This document shows, piece after piece, positions 20,766 to 28,524 of a DNA stretch of 36,853 nt. The position numbers and the translations under genes were made by a program. Position 1 is the first letter of the stretch, and every line of letters begins with the position of its first letter. Under the pieces are notes generated by a model, which saw only the letters and a program-made list of their open reading frames with translations, was not told where the DNA came from and made no database searches. Where the stretch lies: the UHGV virus genome UHGV-0090257; one strand, 5' to 3'. Source of the DNA: a virus.

Positions 20766-20949
20766 CTCTTTCACTCCATCCGCGATGAACCATGAGAACG
20801 TCGTTGACGATGGCGTGCATTTTCCCGTCTTTATCATCAACGTATTTTCTGACCGTACCGCGACTACATTTCAGTCTGCGTGCTACTTCTGTCTGGTTTC
20901 CGTATGCTTCAACGAGCATGTCTGGAATGGTTTTTACTGAGAACGTCAT
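20743..20949 (-). CDS. ninH: NinH
   Basis: 68 aa, [37 protein letters not shown]... matches lambda NinH as remembered. Confidence 0.85.
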
Positions 20950-21557
20950 GCGGCCTCACTTCTGCTGTTTCGCAGGTCTTTGAGTTTCTGCTGATATTCC
21001 GCCTTGATGGCCCTGCACTCTTCGACAGTCCAGCGATGGCGGTTATGGTTTGATTCGATTTCGTCTACTGCTTCCTGCCCGATGCGGCTAATCAGTTCGA
21101 CGCGATACGGAACGAGATTTCCGCTTTTGTGCTGGTTGCACACCACGCATTGCTTGTGAATATTGCGTTCATCAAATCGGAGTTGAGGTGCCGCAGCAGT
21201 TGTCCGGTAATGTCCGGCATCCCACTGAGCAGACGTGAGCGTTCCGCACGAGATACATGGTAAGTCGCGGTCTCTTTCTCTGATGAAGGCGTTTACGGCT
21301 TGTTGGGCTTGTTTAATCCAGTAACTGCGGGGCTTTAAGGCGAGTTTTCGAATCTTCAGTTTATCTTTCTGTTTCTGCTCCTCTCGTCGTCGTTTCTTCT
21401 CTGCTGCTTTTTCCGCTTTTTCGCGTTCTTTGCTTCGTCGTTCGAGTGCTATCTTGGTTCCACACTCTGGAGAGCACCACCACTGATTAGCGAATGCAGG
21501 GTGAAACCATTCCCGACATTCATCGTTTTTACATCGTCTTCGCGCTGGTTTAGCCAT
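20946..21557 (-). CDS. ninG: NinG (Rap recombination-associated endonuclease)
   Basis: 203 aa, [33 protein letters not shown]... matches lambda NinG as remembered. Confidence 0.9.
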
Positions 21558-21726
21558 CGTCTTCTTCCTCGTACATTGAGCTATTCGGATCGCTCATCAG
21601 TTCTGCACAGCAGTGCTCACACACGTGAACTTCCAGCACATGCAGCTTCTGACCGCAGTTAGCGCACGTTAAAGCCCGCTCGACGCTTTCTTTCTGGTAT
21701 TGAATGGATTGAGATGGGCTAAGCAT
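21550..21726 (-). CDS. ninF: NinF
   Basis: 58 aa ORF below the 60-aa track cutoff, translated by hand: [58 protein letters not shown]; stop overlaps the ninG start. Confidence 0.75.
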
Positions 21727-22102
21727 TATTGGCCTCCTGCATCAGGAGAAAGACAATCATGGCGGCGCGGAGAGGTCTGGCATCAAATATTGGGCTTACG
21801 CCTTTTGCATCCACACACCATTCAGTTAACTGGTCTAAGATAGAAATCCTGTATTTCTCAATAATCGGCCATGAAGCGCTCGGATCATTGCAGTAGTCAG
21901 GCAAATGATTTAATGGCTCAAAAGTTGTATCAGCATTTCCGTAATACCATTTGTTGGTGTTATTCCCTGATGTTTCCGGTTTACTTGCCCAAAGGCCTTT
22001 AAAAATTATGTCTCCTACCATTCTGTTAATTTCAAAATCACTTAACTGTGAATAATCCATTGTCATTTCCTCGCACGATTTCTTAGCCACCGGATATCCC
22101 AC
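21719..22102 (-). CDS. Hypothetical nin-region protein (NinX/NinE slot)
   Basis: 127 aa ORF between the zinc-ribbon ORF and ninF; the real start may be an internal Met (MTMDYSQ...); no family recognised with certainty. Confidence 0.5.
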   Translation of the reverse strand: MGYPVAKKSCEEMTMDYSQLSDFEINRMVGDIIFKGLWASKPETSGNNTNKWYYGNADTTFEPLNHLPDYCNDPSASWPIIEKYRISILDQLTEWCVDAKGVSPIFDARPLRAAMIVFLLMQEANNA

Positions 22103-22205
22103 AGGTGAGCCGTGTAATTGAAGGTTTTTACGTCAGATTCTTTTGGGATTGGCTTGCGTTTATTTCTGGAGCGTTTCGTTGGAAGGTATTTGCAGTTTTC
22201 ACAGA

Positions 22206-22379
22206 TTATGTCGGTGATACTTCGTCGCTGTCTCGCCACACGTCCTCCTTTTCCTGAGGTAGTGGTAACACCCCTGTTGGTGTTCTTTCACACCGGAGAC
22301 ACCATCGATTCCAGTAAGGCTGTCCTGGTCGAAAGCGATCGTCTTCCTTTCGCTCTCCACATCGATAACAGTGCTTCAT
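22206..22379 (-). CDS. ninD: Small zinc-ribbon protein, NinD-like
   Basis: From the internal Met: [34 protein letters not shown]..., 57 aa with two CxxC pairs; NinD assignment rests on size, position and memory. Confidence 0.5.
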   Translation of the reverse strand: MKHCYRCGERKEDDRFRPGQPYWNRWCLRCERTPTGVLPLPQEKEDVWRDSDEVSPT

Positions 22380-22966
22380 GCGATCACCATTTTGCATGGT
22401 TTAATCGCCATGCCGGGAGCCAGTTCAAAATCGGAGTCGCACTGATTTCCCCACATATCCCACCCGGTCACTTTGTCGCGGCTAAATAACTCACAGCGCG
22501 GCACGTCGCCAAGCAACTTAGCTAACATGTCTCTTACGATCGGTGGTTTTGCACTGTGCTCCATTCTCGGTGCGGTAAAGTGCTGGCATATTGAAGCGTC
22601 CATTCTCTCAGGCAACCGCCCTCGAACGGCAAACAAGCAATCCTCGCTATTTGCCCGGGTCATATGCCCCATTCCGATCGCACTGTTGCCTTTGTGCTTA
22701 TTGGTTTTGTGCCAAGTAAAGCCTTTCATAGTCATCAACCTGAATCCCCACGCCTCAATTACCTTTAGCGCTTCGGCTGGCTGTGTCGGCACCCACCACA
22801 TCGCTAACAAGCAAGATTCTGGATCCGCTAAATCCCATACTGGCAGTCGGCAAATGTCCTGAACATTCATAACATCGTATTTATGTCCAGCACCGCGATT
22901 GCCATCGTTGGCTTTGTCGCGATATTGCCAAGGTGGATCTGCGTAAATAAGTCGGTATTTGTTCAT
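22376..22966 (-). CDS. DNA N6-adenine methyltransferase, MT-A70-like
   Basis: 196 aa; catalytic DPPW motif in [10 protein letters not shown]; occupies the slot of ninC between ninB and the NinD-like ORF. Confidence 0.75.
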   Translation of the reverse strand: MNKYRLIYADPPWQYRDKANDGNRGAGHKYDVMNVQDICRLPVWDLADPESCLLAMWWVPTQPAEALKVIEAWGFRLMTMKGFTWHKTNKHKGNSAIGMGHMTRANSEDCLFAVRGRLPERMDASICQHFTAPRMEHSAKPPIVRDMLAKLLGDVPRCELFSRDKVTGWDMWGNQCDSDFELAPGMAIKPCKMVIA

Positions 22967-23406
22967 GCAGCTTTATCTCCCCATCTCGCTTTCCACTCCA
23001 GAGCCAGTCGCGCTTCGTCTGACCATTTAACGCCACGTTCTGTACCGAATGCCTGTATAAGCTCTAATAACTCCGCAAATTCGCTTACACGCATCCTGCT
23101 GGTTGACTGGCCTATTACCACAAAGCCATTCCCGGCAAGGTTAGGAACAACGTCCTGCTGCTTTAATGCTGCGGTAAACACACACTTCCAGCTTTCTGCA
23201 TCCAGCCAGCGACCATGCCATTCAACCTGACGAGAGACGTCACCAAGGCAAGCCCAAAGCTTTCGGTTTTGGTCTAAGCTGCGGTTGCGTTCCTGAATGG
23301 TTACTACGATTGGTTTGGTTGGGTCTGGAAGAATTTGCTGGATAGCTTGAATGGCGTTCTGCTGATGGATGGGGCTTCTTAGTTCAAACGTTAGTTTCCT
23401 CACCAT
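22963..23406 (-). CDS. ninB: NinB (recombination mediator)
   Basis: 147 aa, ...KLTFELRSPIHQQNAIQAIQQILPDPTKPIVVTIQERNRSLDQNRKLWACLGDVSRQVEWHGRWLD... near-matches lambda NinB as remembered. Confidence 0.9.
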   Translation of the reverse strand: MVRKLTFELRSPIHQQNAIQAIQQILPDPTKPIVVTIQERNRSLDQNRKLWACLGDVSRQVEWHGRWLDAESWKCVFTAALKQQDVVPNLAGNGFVVIGQSTSRMRVSEFAELLELIQAFGTERGVKWSDEARLALEWKARWGDKAA

Positions 23407-23547
23407 TTACGCTCCTGTAATCGTCAAGTGCAGCTGCAATAGTCCCTATCGGGTCATGGTCTTGTCCGATAATCTCATTTACGTTTTCATCTTCTTCCAC
23501 ACCGAAAAAGAATCGCAGGGCTAACATGATTTCTTCGTATGCGCTCA
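23407..23547 (-). CDS. Small hypothetical protein
   Basis: 46 aa ORF read by hand (MSAYEEIMLALRFFFGVEEDENVNEIIGQDHDPIGTIAAALDDYRSV) filling the gap between the 83-aa ORF and ninB; its stop directly abuts the ninB start. Confidence 0.3.
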
Positions 23548-23550
23548 TAC

Positions 23551-23802
23551 TCACTCCTTCACTTTGATTCCAGCGGCGCGGATGGCGTCAGCGCAATAAT
23601 CGATAGCGCAGTTGTGTCCTTTGTCGAAATCATCCTCAGCCATCACTTTGTCATCGAGTTTTATCTCGATAGCTGCGCGAGACTTAACCCATGACTGCCA
23701 GGCAATCATCTTGATGGCCTGAACGTGAAGTTCTTCGCTGCTGTTAATAGACTCGAACTCTTCACCAAACCACTCCAAAAACTGCTTTCTTGATTCGTCC
23801 AT
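23551..23802 (-). CDS. Hypothetical protein (ren-slot cluster)
   Basis: 83 aa acidic ORF in the early-right operon direction. Confidence 0.5.
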   Translation of the reverse strand: MDESRKQFLEWFGEEFESINSSEELHVQAIKMIAWQSWVKSRAAIEIKLDDKVMAEDDFDKGHNCAIDYCADAIRAAGIKVKE

Positions 23803-23813
23803 ATCAATCCCCG

Positions 23814-24014
23814 TTATGACAGGTTAATTTTCACCCAACCCTTCCCACGCACATTTGCAACAAGCCCTTTCTTTCTCAGGTATTGCATACGGCGATCGAT
23901 GGTTTCGATATACATTCCATTGCTCCGCCATTTAAGCCAGATATCAAAAACAGGTGTTGGTCTTTCACTCAGCATTGAAAGAATGTTTTGATCTAATTTT
24001 TCGTACTTGCTCAC
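23814..24014 (-). CDS. Hypothetical protein (ren-slot cluster)
   Basis: 66 aa basic ORF; stop overlaps the upstream gene start region. Confidence 0.5.
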   Translation of the reverse strand: MSKYEKLDQNILSMLSERPTPVFDIWLKWRSNGMYIETIDRRMQYLRKKGLVANVRGKGWVKINLS

Positions 24015-24337
24015 AAATACCCTCTCTCACTTAATCGCGCCCACGCTTCGTTAAACTCTTCTCGGGTTGCGCCGGATTTTCTTTCTTCAAACATCATGCA
24101 TTCGCTGATGTCTCCCCATGACTTTGGTCGCTTTTCAGCGAACAGATCATCCCATTCGAATACCCAGCGGCCTGATTTTCGGTAGTGGTAAATGGTCAGC
24201 CATGTTGTGCTGTTCGCTGGATACCCATAGAGAACTTCGACTTTTTGATCACGGTCTTTATGCTTCTTCAGCAGGATAAAGCCAGCAACCAGCGAAGCTC
24301 CGGCAAGAATGATGATTGGAATTTGCCAGTCAGCCAC
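24011..24337 (-). CDS. Hypothetical membrane-anchored protein (ren-slot cluster)
   Basis: 108 aa; N-terminal hydrophobic segment IPIIILAGASLVAGFILL; GTG start preceded by the SD GGGAGAGGGA. Confidence 0.5.
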   Translation of the reverse strand: MADWQIPIIILAGASLVAGFILLKKHKDRDQKVEVLYGYPANSTTWLTIYHYRKSGRWVFEWDDLFAEKRPKSWGDISECMMFEERKSGATREEFNEAWARLSERGYL

Positions 24338-24352
24338 AATTCCCTCTCCCCC

Positions 24353-24384
24353 AAATAAAAAGGCCTGCGATTACCAGCAGGCCT
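24353..24384 (-). terminator. tR2-like intrinsic terminator within the early-right operon
   Basis: Minus-strand sense GGCCTGC-tggtaatc-GCAGGCC followed by TTTTTATTT, between the HTH gene and the ren-slot genes. Confidence 0.65.
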
Positions 24385-24409
24385 GTTATTAGCTCAGTGA
24401 TGTAGATGG

Positions 24410-24700
24410 TCATTGCCTTACCTCCATAAGCGCCCTATTAATAAACGCCGTCATTGGATTTGCACACCCCCACCCCGTACCATCTGGATTTCTTTTAATT
24501 GGCTCCTTCTTCACTTTGCGTTTTGCATAAATAACCGTCTTCCACTTACGCTCAACAACACTCAAATGTCCTTGTTTCACCATATGCCTTGCTGCTTGAG
24601 CGATTCTGTTATTTGGTATTCCGGTGATCAGTGCTAATTCATGTGGGGAGAATTGTTCATGAGTTTTCAGATATTCCAAGATGATTTCTTTTCCAGTCAC
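24410..24700 (-). CDS. Small helix-turn-helix DNA-binding protein
   Basis: 96 aa; SPHELALITGIPNNRIAQAARHMVKQGHL resembles a winged-helix/HTH recognition region. Confidence 0.5.
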   Translation of the reverse strand: MTGKEIILEYLKTHEQFSPHELALITGIPNNRIAQAARHMVKQGHLSVVERKWKTVIYAKRKVKKEPIKRNPDGTGWGCANPMTAFINRALMEVRQ

Positions 24701-25590
24701 GATCTGCTCCTGTAACTATCCCATGTAAACGCAAGAGTGCACCCGCCGCCATCATTCATCCTGTCAATAACACGCTCACCAATGAATGCCGAAAGTTCAT
24801 CTTTGCTCTGATTACTAATCAGGATTGTTGGCTTCATGTATTCATATCTGGTGTTGATAATTTCGAACATGATTAGCTTTTCAGCATCACTGCCGAACTG
24901 CACGCCAACCTCATCGATTATTAACAAGTCAGGATGCGTAAATTGCCTAATGACTTCTTCTTCAGTTCTGGTTGCAGCCTTAGACCATGTTGATTTGTAC
25001 TCTCTGGCAATTTTCAAAGCAGTGGTAAATATCACAGAGCTTTGATGCTCGATAATGGCGTGCCTAGCGATAGCCAGTGCAAGGTGGTTCTTTCCAGTTC
25101 CAGGCTTACCACACATGACCAGTCCGCCACCTTTCTGAAGGCGTTCAGGCCACTTACTGGCATATGCCTGGCATACCTTAAGAACTCGCTTTGCATCATC
25201 ATTAACAGGCTCATAATTCTGAAGAGTGCAATATTTGAACCTCTCTGGAATATTGAGAGAATTCAACAAGTATTCAATTTTTGATTGTCTTGCTCTTTGT
25301 TCTGCCTGCTCACATTCAATCTCTTTCTTACGAATTTTCTCCTCAAGGCACTGTGGGCACTCAGATTTACTTGAAGTAATTCTTTTTCCTGAGATGGTCA
25401 GATATTTCTCATAGGAAGTATATTTACCGTGTTTCTCGCACTCTTCCACTGTGCTGGTAACTGACATTCCATCTGATGCTGATCCAATTTTGCTAAACTC
25501 AAGTTTCTGTTTAAGATCAGAAATGTCATTGATTTTTGAGTCTACAAGTTGCCTTTGCAGTGCCAGATTGTAACCATTTGTCGTATTCAT
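24697..25590 (-). CDS. DnaC-like replicative helicase loader (AAA+ ATPase) with N-terminal Cys-containing extension
   Basis: Walker A CGKPGTGKNHLA and Walker B LLIIDEVG; probable start at the Met of MNTTNGY overlapping the O stop; N-terminal region has CPQC. Confidence 0.8.
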   Translation of the reverse strand: MNTTNGYNLALQRQLVDSKINDISDLKQKLEFSKIGSASDGMSVTSTVEECEKHGKYTSYEKYLTISGKRITSSKSECPQCLEEKIRKKEIECEQAEQRARQSKIEYLLNSLNIPERFKYCTLQNYEPVNDDAKRVLKVCQAYASKWPERLQKGGGLVMCGKPGTGKNHLALAIARHAIIEHQSSVIFTTALKIAREYKSTWSKAATRTEEEVIRQFTHPDLLIIDEVGVQFGSDAEKLIMFEIINTRYEYMKPTILISNQSKDELSAFIGERVIDRMNDGGGCTLAFTWDSYRSRS

Positions 25591-25592
25591 AT

Positions 25593-26438
25593 TCACTCCT
25601 GCGCCCATGAAGGCATTTCAGTTTGTCCGTAATCTTTGGCGGCAAAGTTTTCCTGCATAGCTCGATGCTGCGGCCTCGGTTGAGATTTCCCCTTTGGAGT
25701 CTTGGGCTCAAAAATCCCCTGCCAACCACTGGCGATGCTCTGGTTTATAATTTCTTCAGGTGTATATCCCTTCTCCAGACTTCTGCTTAGAACGTTGATA
25801 GCCTGAGTGACACTTTGCTTAGACTTGATCGACTTACCTATCTCCTTGCGATAGGTAACCCACGACAACCATGTTTCTGCAGATAACCAATCAGGCAACT
25901 CTGTTTCTAGCGGGTCGAACTTCTGAGAAACTTTTTTGGGGGATATAGGGGGTTTATTAATATTTTCTTTTGTCTTTAAAGAATGTCTTTTGTGTGTCTC
26001 TAACTTCGAGACATTGAGTGTCTCTAATTTGGAGACATTTTTTGTCTCTAACTTCGAGACAAAGTTGCTAACTTGGAGACACTTGCTGAATAGCCACGCA
26101 GATACCTCCCTGTTTACACCGATTTGATTTCCATCCATAAACAGGCAATTCATTGAAATCAGTTCTTTTTTAGCCTTGTTAACATTCTGCCTTGACAGTC
26201 CTGTTAACTGAGCAATTTGCTCATCGGCTATTCGATCTGTTTTCTTATTGAATCCATATGTTTTCCTGACGTAGGCCAGCATAACTTTCAACTGGCGAGC
26301 GGTTAAATCGGCACTTGCGATAGCTTCCAGCAGCTCGTTAGCGAATCTGGTGTAACCATCATCGATATCAGCCACTCTTCGCTCCTGTTCGGCAAAGTTA
26401 CCTCTGCCGAAGTTGAGTATTTTTGCTGTATTTGTCAT
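25593..26438 (-). CDS. O: Replication initiator, lambda O-like, containing the origin
   Basis: 281 aa; N-terminus MTNTAKILNFGRGNFAEQERRVADIDDGYTRF... closely resembles lambda O as remembered; the middle of the gene carries iterons. Confidence 0.85.
   Translation of the reverse strand: MTNTAKILNFGRGNFAEQERRVADIDDGYTRFANELLEAIASADLTARQLKVMLAYVRKTYGFNKKTDRIADEQIAQLTGLSRQNVNKAKKELISMNCLFMDGNQIGVNREVSAWLFSKCLQVSNFVSKLETKNVSKLETLNVSKLETHKRHSLKTKENINKPPISPKKVSQKFDPLETELPDWLSAETWLSWVTYRKEIGKSIKSKQSVTQAINVLSRSLEKGYTPEEIINQSIASGWQGIFEPKTPKGKSQPRPQHRAMQENFAAKDYGQTEMPSWAQE
25995..26081. repeat. Origin iterons (4 copies of an ~19-bp dyad-symmetric repeat) inside the O-like gene
   Basis: TGTCTCTAACTTCGAGACA at 25995 and 26043, TGTCTCTAATTTGGAGACA at 26019, and a degenerate copy at 26063; followed on the O-sense side by an AT-rich tract at 25925..25985. 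Confidence 0.75.
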
Positions 26439-26472
26439 AATGACTCCTGTGGATTGATCCAGTCTTTCTACA

Positions 26473-26751
26473 TCAGGCCTCGAAGAATTCGCCGTTCTTC
26501 GGGGCTTTTTCTTTTGTCAGCATTCTTGCTACTTTCTTAGCCAGTTCCGCCAACTCCTCGTCTTCAACACCCCATTCAAGAACAGCCAGAAGCATTCCCA
26601 TTTTTGGGATGAAGCTGTCTTTCCATCGCGAAATTTGCGATTCATTAATCCCTAACGCGTCGGCAACCTTTCGCTGACCACGTACAGCAATTCGATTCAG
26701 GATGTTGCTTGTAATTGCATTCGCTTTCTTGCGAGTACTTGTAAGTTCCAT
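26473..26751 (-). CDS. cII: CII-like lysogeny establishment activator
   Basis: From the internal Met: ...GINESQISRWKDSFIPKMGMLLAVLEWGV... aligns with the lambda CII core (VDKSQISRWKRDWIPKFSMLLAVLEWGV); SD AAGGAAAT upstream; the longer six-frame ORF overlaps nutR. Confidence 0.85.
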   Translation of the reverse strand: MELTSTRKKANAITSNILNRIAVRGQRKVADALGINESQISRWKDSFIPKMGMLLAVLEWGVEDEELAELAKKVARMLTKEKAPKNGEFFEA

Positions 26752-26783
26752 ATGTAAGTATTTCCTTAACAAATAAGAAGTTA

Positions 26784-26801
26784 TGCGCATCAACTTATGC
26801 G
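26784..26801 (-). terminator. Hairpin between nutR and cII (tR1 position)
   Basis: Perfect GCGCAT-aagttg-ATGCGC stem; the downstream sequence is only partly U-rich. Confidence 0.35.
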
Positions 26802-26807
26802 CGTTGT

Positions 26808-26853
26808 ATTCCCGCATTTCGGCGGGAATGAGGACCATGACTGTTAAAGAGCG
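26808..26853 (-). promoter_or_regulatory. nutR (boxA plus boxB)
   Basis: Minus-strand sense boxA CGCTCTTTAACAG and boxB hairpin TTCCCGC-CGAAAT-GCGGGAA, between cro and cII. Confidence 0.7.
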
Positions 26854-26859
26854 GTGTTA

Positions 26860-27054
26860 CTATTTGTTTTTCTTGTTGCTTGGGAAAGGACGAACTTCCT
26901 CTCCAATCACACTGCCATCAGGCTTTACCGTAACCATGATGTTACGGCCTGCCAGAATGGCCTTGCTGATAGCGCACTGGATTACACCAAAGTCACTGGC
27001 TGCTTTAGCCTGTCCATGGATTTTGGCGTAATCGGCAAGTGTCATTCGAATCAT
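26860..27054 (-). CDS. cro: Cro repressor
   Basis: About 64 aa from the ATG at 27054; ...[35 protein letters not shown]...[16 protein letters not shown] aligns with lambda Cro; SD GGAGA upstream. Confidence 0.85.
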   Translation of the reverse strand: MIRMTLADYAKIHGQAKAASDFGVIQCAISKAILAGRNIMVTVKPDGSVIGEEVRPFPSNKKNK

Positions 27055-27083
27055 ATGCACTCTCCGTTATTAACCATGAACAA

Positions 27084-27154
27084 AGAATACTACAGGTATT
27101 CAAAGCAATCAATACTCAGGGTATTTTTAGTTTAAGTACTTTAGCTATTAGAAT
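27084..27154. promoter_or_regulatory. Right operator region with divergent pR and pRM
   Basis: Operator-like dyads AATACTACAGGTATT (27086..27100), AATACTCAGGGTATT (27111..27125) and weaker AGTACTTTAGCTATT (27135..27149); pR -10 TATTCT and -35 TTGATT on the minus strand; candidate pRM -10 TAGAAT at 27149..27154 about 7 nt before the cI ATG. Confidence 0.6.
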
Positions 27155-27160
27155 TAAGCT

Positions 27161-27877
27161 ATGGAAAATAAAAAATCACTGACGACAGAACAGCTCGAAG
27201 ACGCTAAGCGGCTTAAGGCTTTGTATGAGTCAAAAAAGAAAGAATTGGGAATAACCCAATACTCAATCGCTGATGAACTGGGTATCACCCAAGGAGCGGT
27301 AGGGCATTATCTTAATGGCAGAAACGCGCTAAACGTTGAGGTTGCATCTGGTTTTGCACGACTGTTGCAAGTCTCAATTGCTGATTTTAGCCAGTCAATT
27401 GCTGCCAAGGTTGCAGAACAGGCAGAAAGCCTTAAGAGCGATGCCAACGTAAGGTATGCAGGGGAATACAGAGCAGGAAAGAGGTATCCGGTGTTAAGCA
27501 GTATCCAGGCTGGCTCGTGGTGTGAAGCATGCGAACCATACACCATTAAAGACATAGATGTTTGGCTTGAGTCTGACGCGCATATTCAAGGTAATGCGTT
27601 CTGGCTTAAAGTGGAAGGTGATTCAATGACGGCACCGGTTGGGTTAAGCATTCCAGAGGGAACATTCGTTCTTTTCGATACCGGAAGGGAGGCGATCAAC
27701 GGCAGCTTGGTCATAGCAAAACTTTCTGACTCTAACGAAGCAACATTCAAGAAGCTGATAATCGACGGCGGAAATAAATACCTCAAGGGACTTAATCCTG
27801 CATGGCCTCTCGTGCCAATCAATGGAAACTGCAAGATTATAGGCGTTGCAATTGAGACAAAACTAAGGCTGGTTTGA
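27161..27877 (+). CDS. cI: CI-type prophage repressor (HTH plus S24 LexA-like autopeptidase domain)
   Basis: 238 aa; N-terminal HTH (ITQYSIADELGITQGAVGHYLNG), A-G cleavage site in QAGSW, catalytic Ser in GDSM and Lys in FKKL. Confidence 0.9.
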   Translation: MENKKSLTTEQLEDAKRLKALYESKKKELGITQYSIADELGITQGAVGHYLNGRNALNVEVASGFARLLQVSIADFSQSIAAKVAEQAESLKSDANVRYAGEYRAGKRYPVLSSIQAGSWCEACEPYTIKDIDVWLESDAHIQGNAFWLKVEGDSMTAPVGLSIPEGTFVLFDTGREAINGSLVIAKLSDSNEATFKKLIIDGGNKYLKGLNPAWPLVPINGNCKIIGVAIETKLRLV

Positions 27878-27894
27878 TCACGCAAGGGGCGATT

Positions 27895-28263
27895 ATGGTT
27901 GGAACAGCTATAGCAAGCTTTTTTGGGATGTTGGCAATCTCGACAATTTACGGCTTAGCGCATGCTTTTATTGCGAAATCTCTATCAGAAAAAATAAGCC
28001 AGGCTTGGGCGCATAGATTAGCTCGTTTCATGATTCTAGTGATCATAGCAATACAAGGGATATCTGCATTTATCCTCTATGGTTCAAGCTTATACCTGTT
28101 GTATCAAGGCGCGACATTTACGCCTTACACCAGTGATTACGGAACGCTATACGATGGTAGTGAAGACATCTCTATGGCTTGGATCGTCTTTGGTTTATCT
28201 ATGGCCGTGTCTGTTGTAGCAGACATCATTAAGGTAATTCTCGTCTTAACCTTCGCTGACTAA
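27895..28263 (+). CDS. Small polytopic membrane protein co-oriented with cI (lysogenic accessory gene in the rex slot)
   Basis: About 122 aa from the ATG at 27895 (SD AAGGGG); at least three hydrophobic helices; starts 18 nt after the cI stop and ends before OL. Confidence 0.6.
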   Translation: MVGTAIASFFGMLAISTIYGLAHAFIAKSLSEKISQAWAHRLARFMILVIIAIQGISAFILYGSSLYLLYQGATFTPYTSDYGTLYDGSEDISMAWIVFGLSMAVSVVADIIKVILVLTFAD

Positions 28264-28350
28264 ACCATAATCCCGGCAGCAATAGCTATCGGGATCCACT
28301 TCACATATCCCGCATAAAAAACACTGAACAAGCAGACACCGAAAAAAATA

Positions 28351-28437
28351 AATATCCTTTGTATTCATTTGCTTATCATTATTTCACCAAAAATAAATAC
28401 CTTGGGTATTTACACAATAAAATACCTACAGTATTCT
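28351..28437. promoter_or_regulatory. Left operator region with pL
   Basis: Dyads AATATCCTTTGTATT (28351..28365), AATACCTTGGGTATT (28396..28410) and AATACCTACAGTATT (28421..28435), the same family as OR; pL -35 TTTACA (28409..28414) and -10 TATTCT (28432..28437) pointing toward N. Confidence 0.6.
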
Positions 28438-28482
28438 TTAGCCATCAGCAGGACGCTGGAAGCCAAACGGAACAGATTGGCA

Positions 28483-28524
28483 GGCTCTTTAACATTGATG
28501 GGATTGTCCCGCCGAAATGCGGGA
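28483..28524 (+). promoter_or_regulatory. nutL (boxA plus boxB)
   Basis: boxA GGCTCTTTAACA followed 12 nt later by hairpin TCCCGC-CGAAAT-GCGGGA, the same boxB core as nutR. Confidence 0.7.

Noticed and set aside
20766-20840. N-terminal extension of the ninI ORF
   Set aside because: Overlaps ninH in another frame; the phosphatase homology begins at the internal Met (MRYYEKIDG...).
25995-26081. Tandem repeats considered as a CRISPR array
   Set aside because: Only four copies, about 19 bp with internal dyad symmetry and 20-24 bp periodicity, inside the O-like gene and next to an AT-rich tract; this fits replication-origin iterons, not CRISPR.
26752-26838. N-terminal extension of the cII ORF (six-frame start at 26838)
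   Set aside because: The extension overlaps the nutR boxA/boxB elements and lacks an SD; the internal ATG at 26751 has a good SD and gives a lambda-CII-sized protein.
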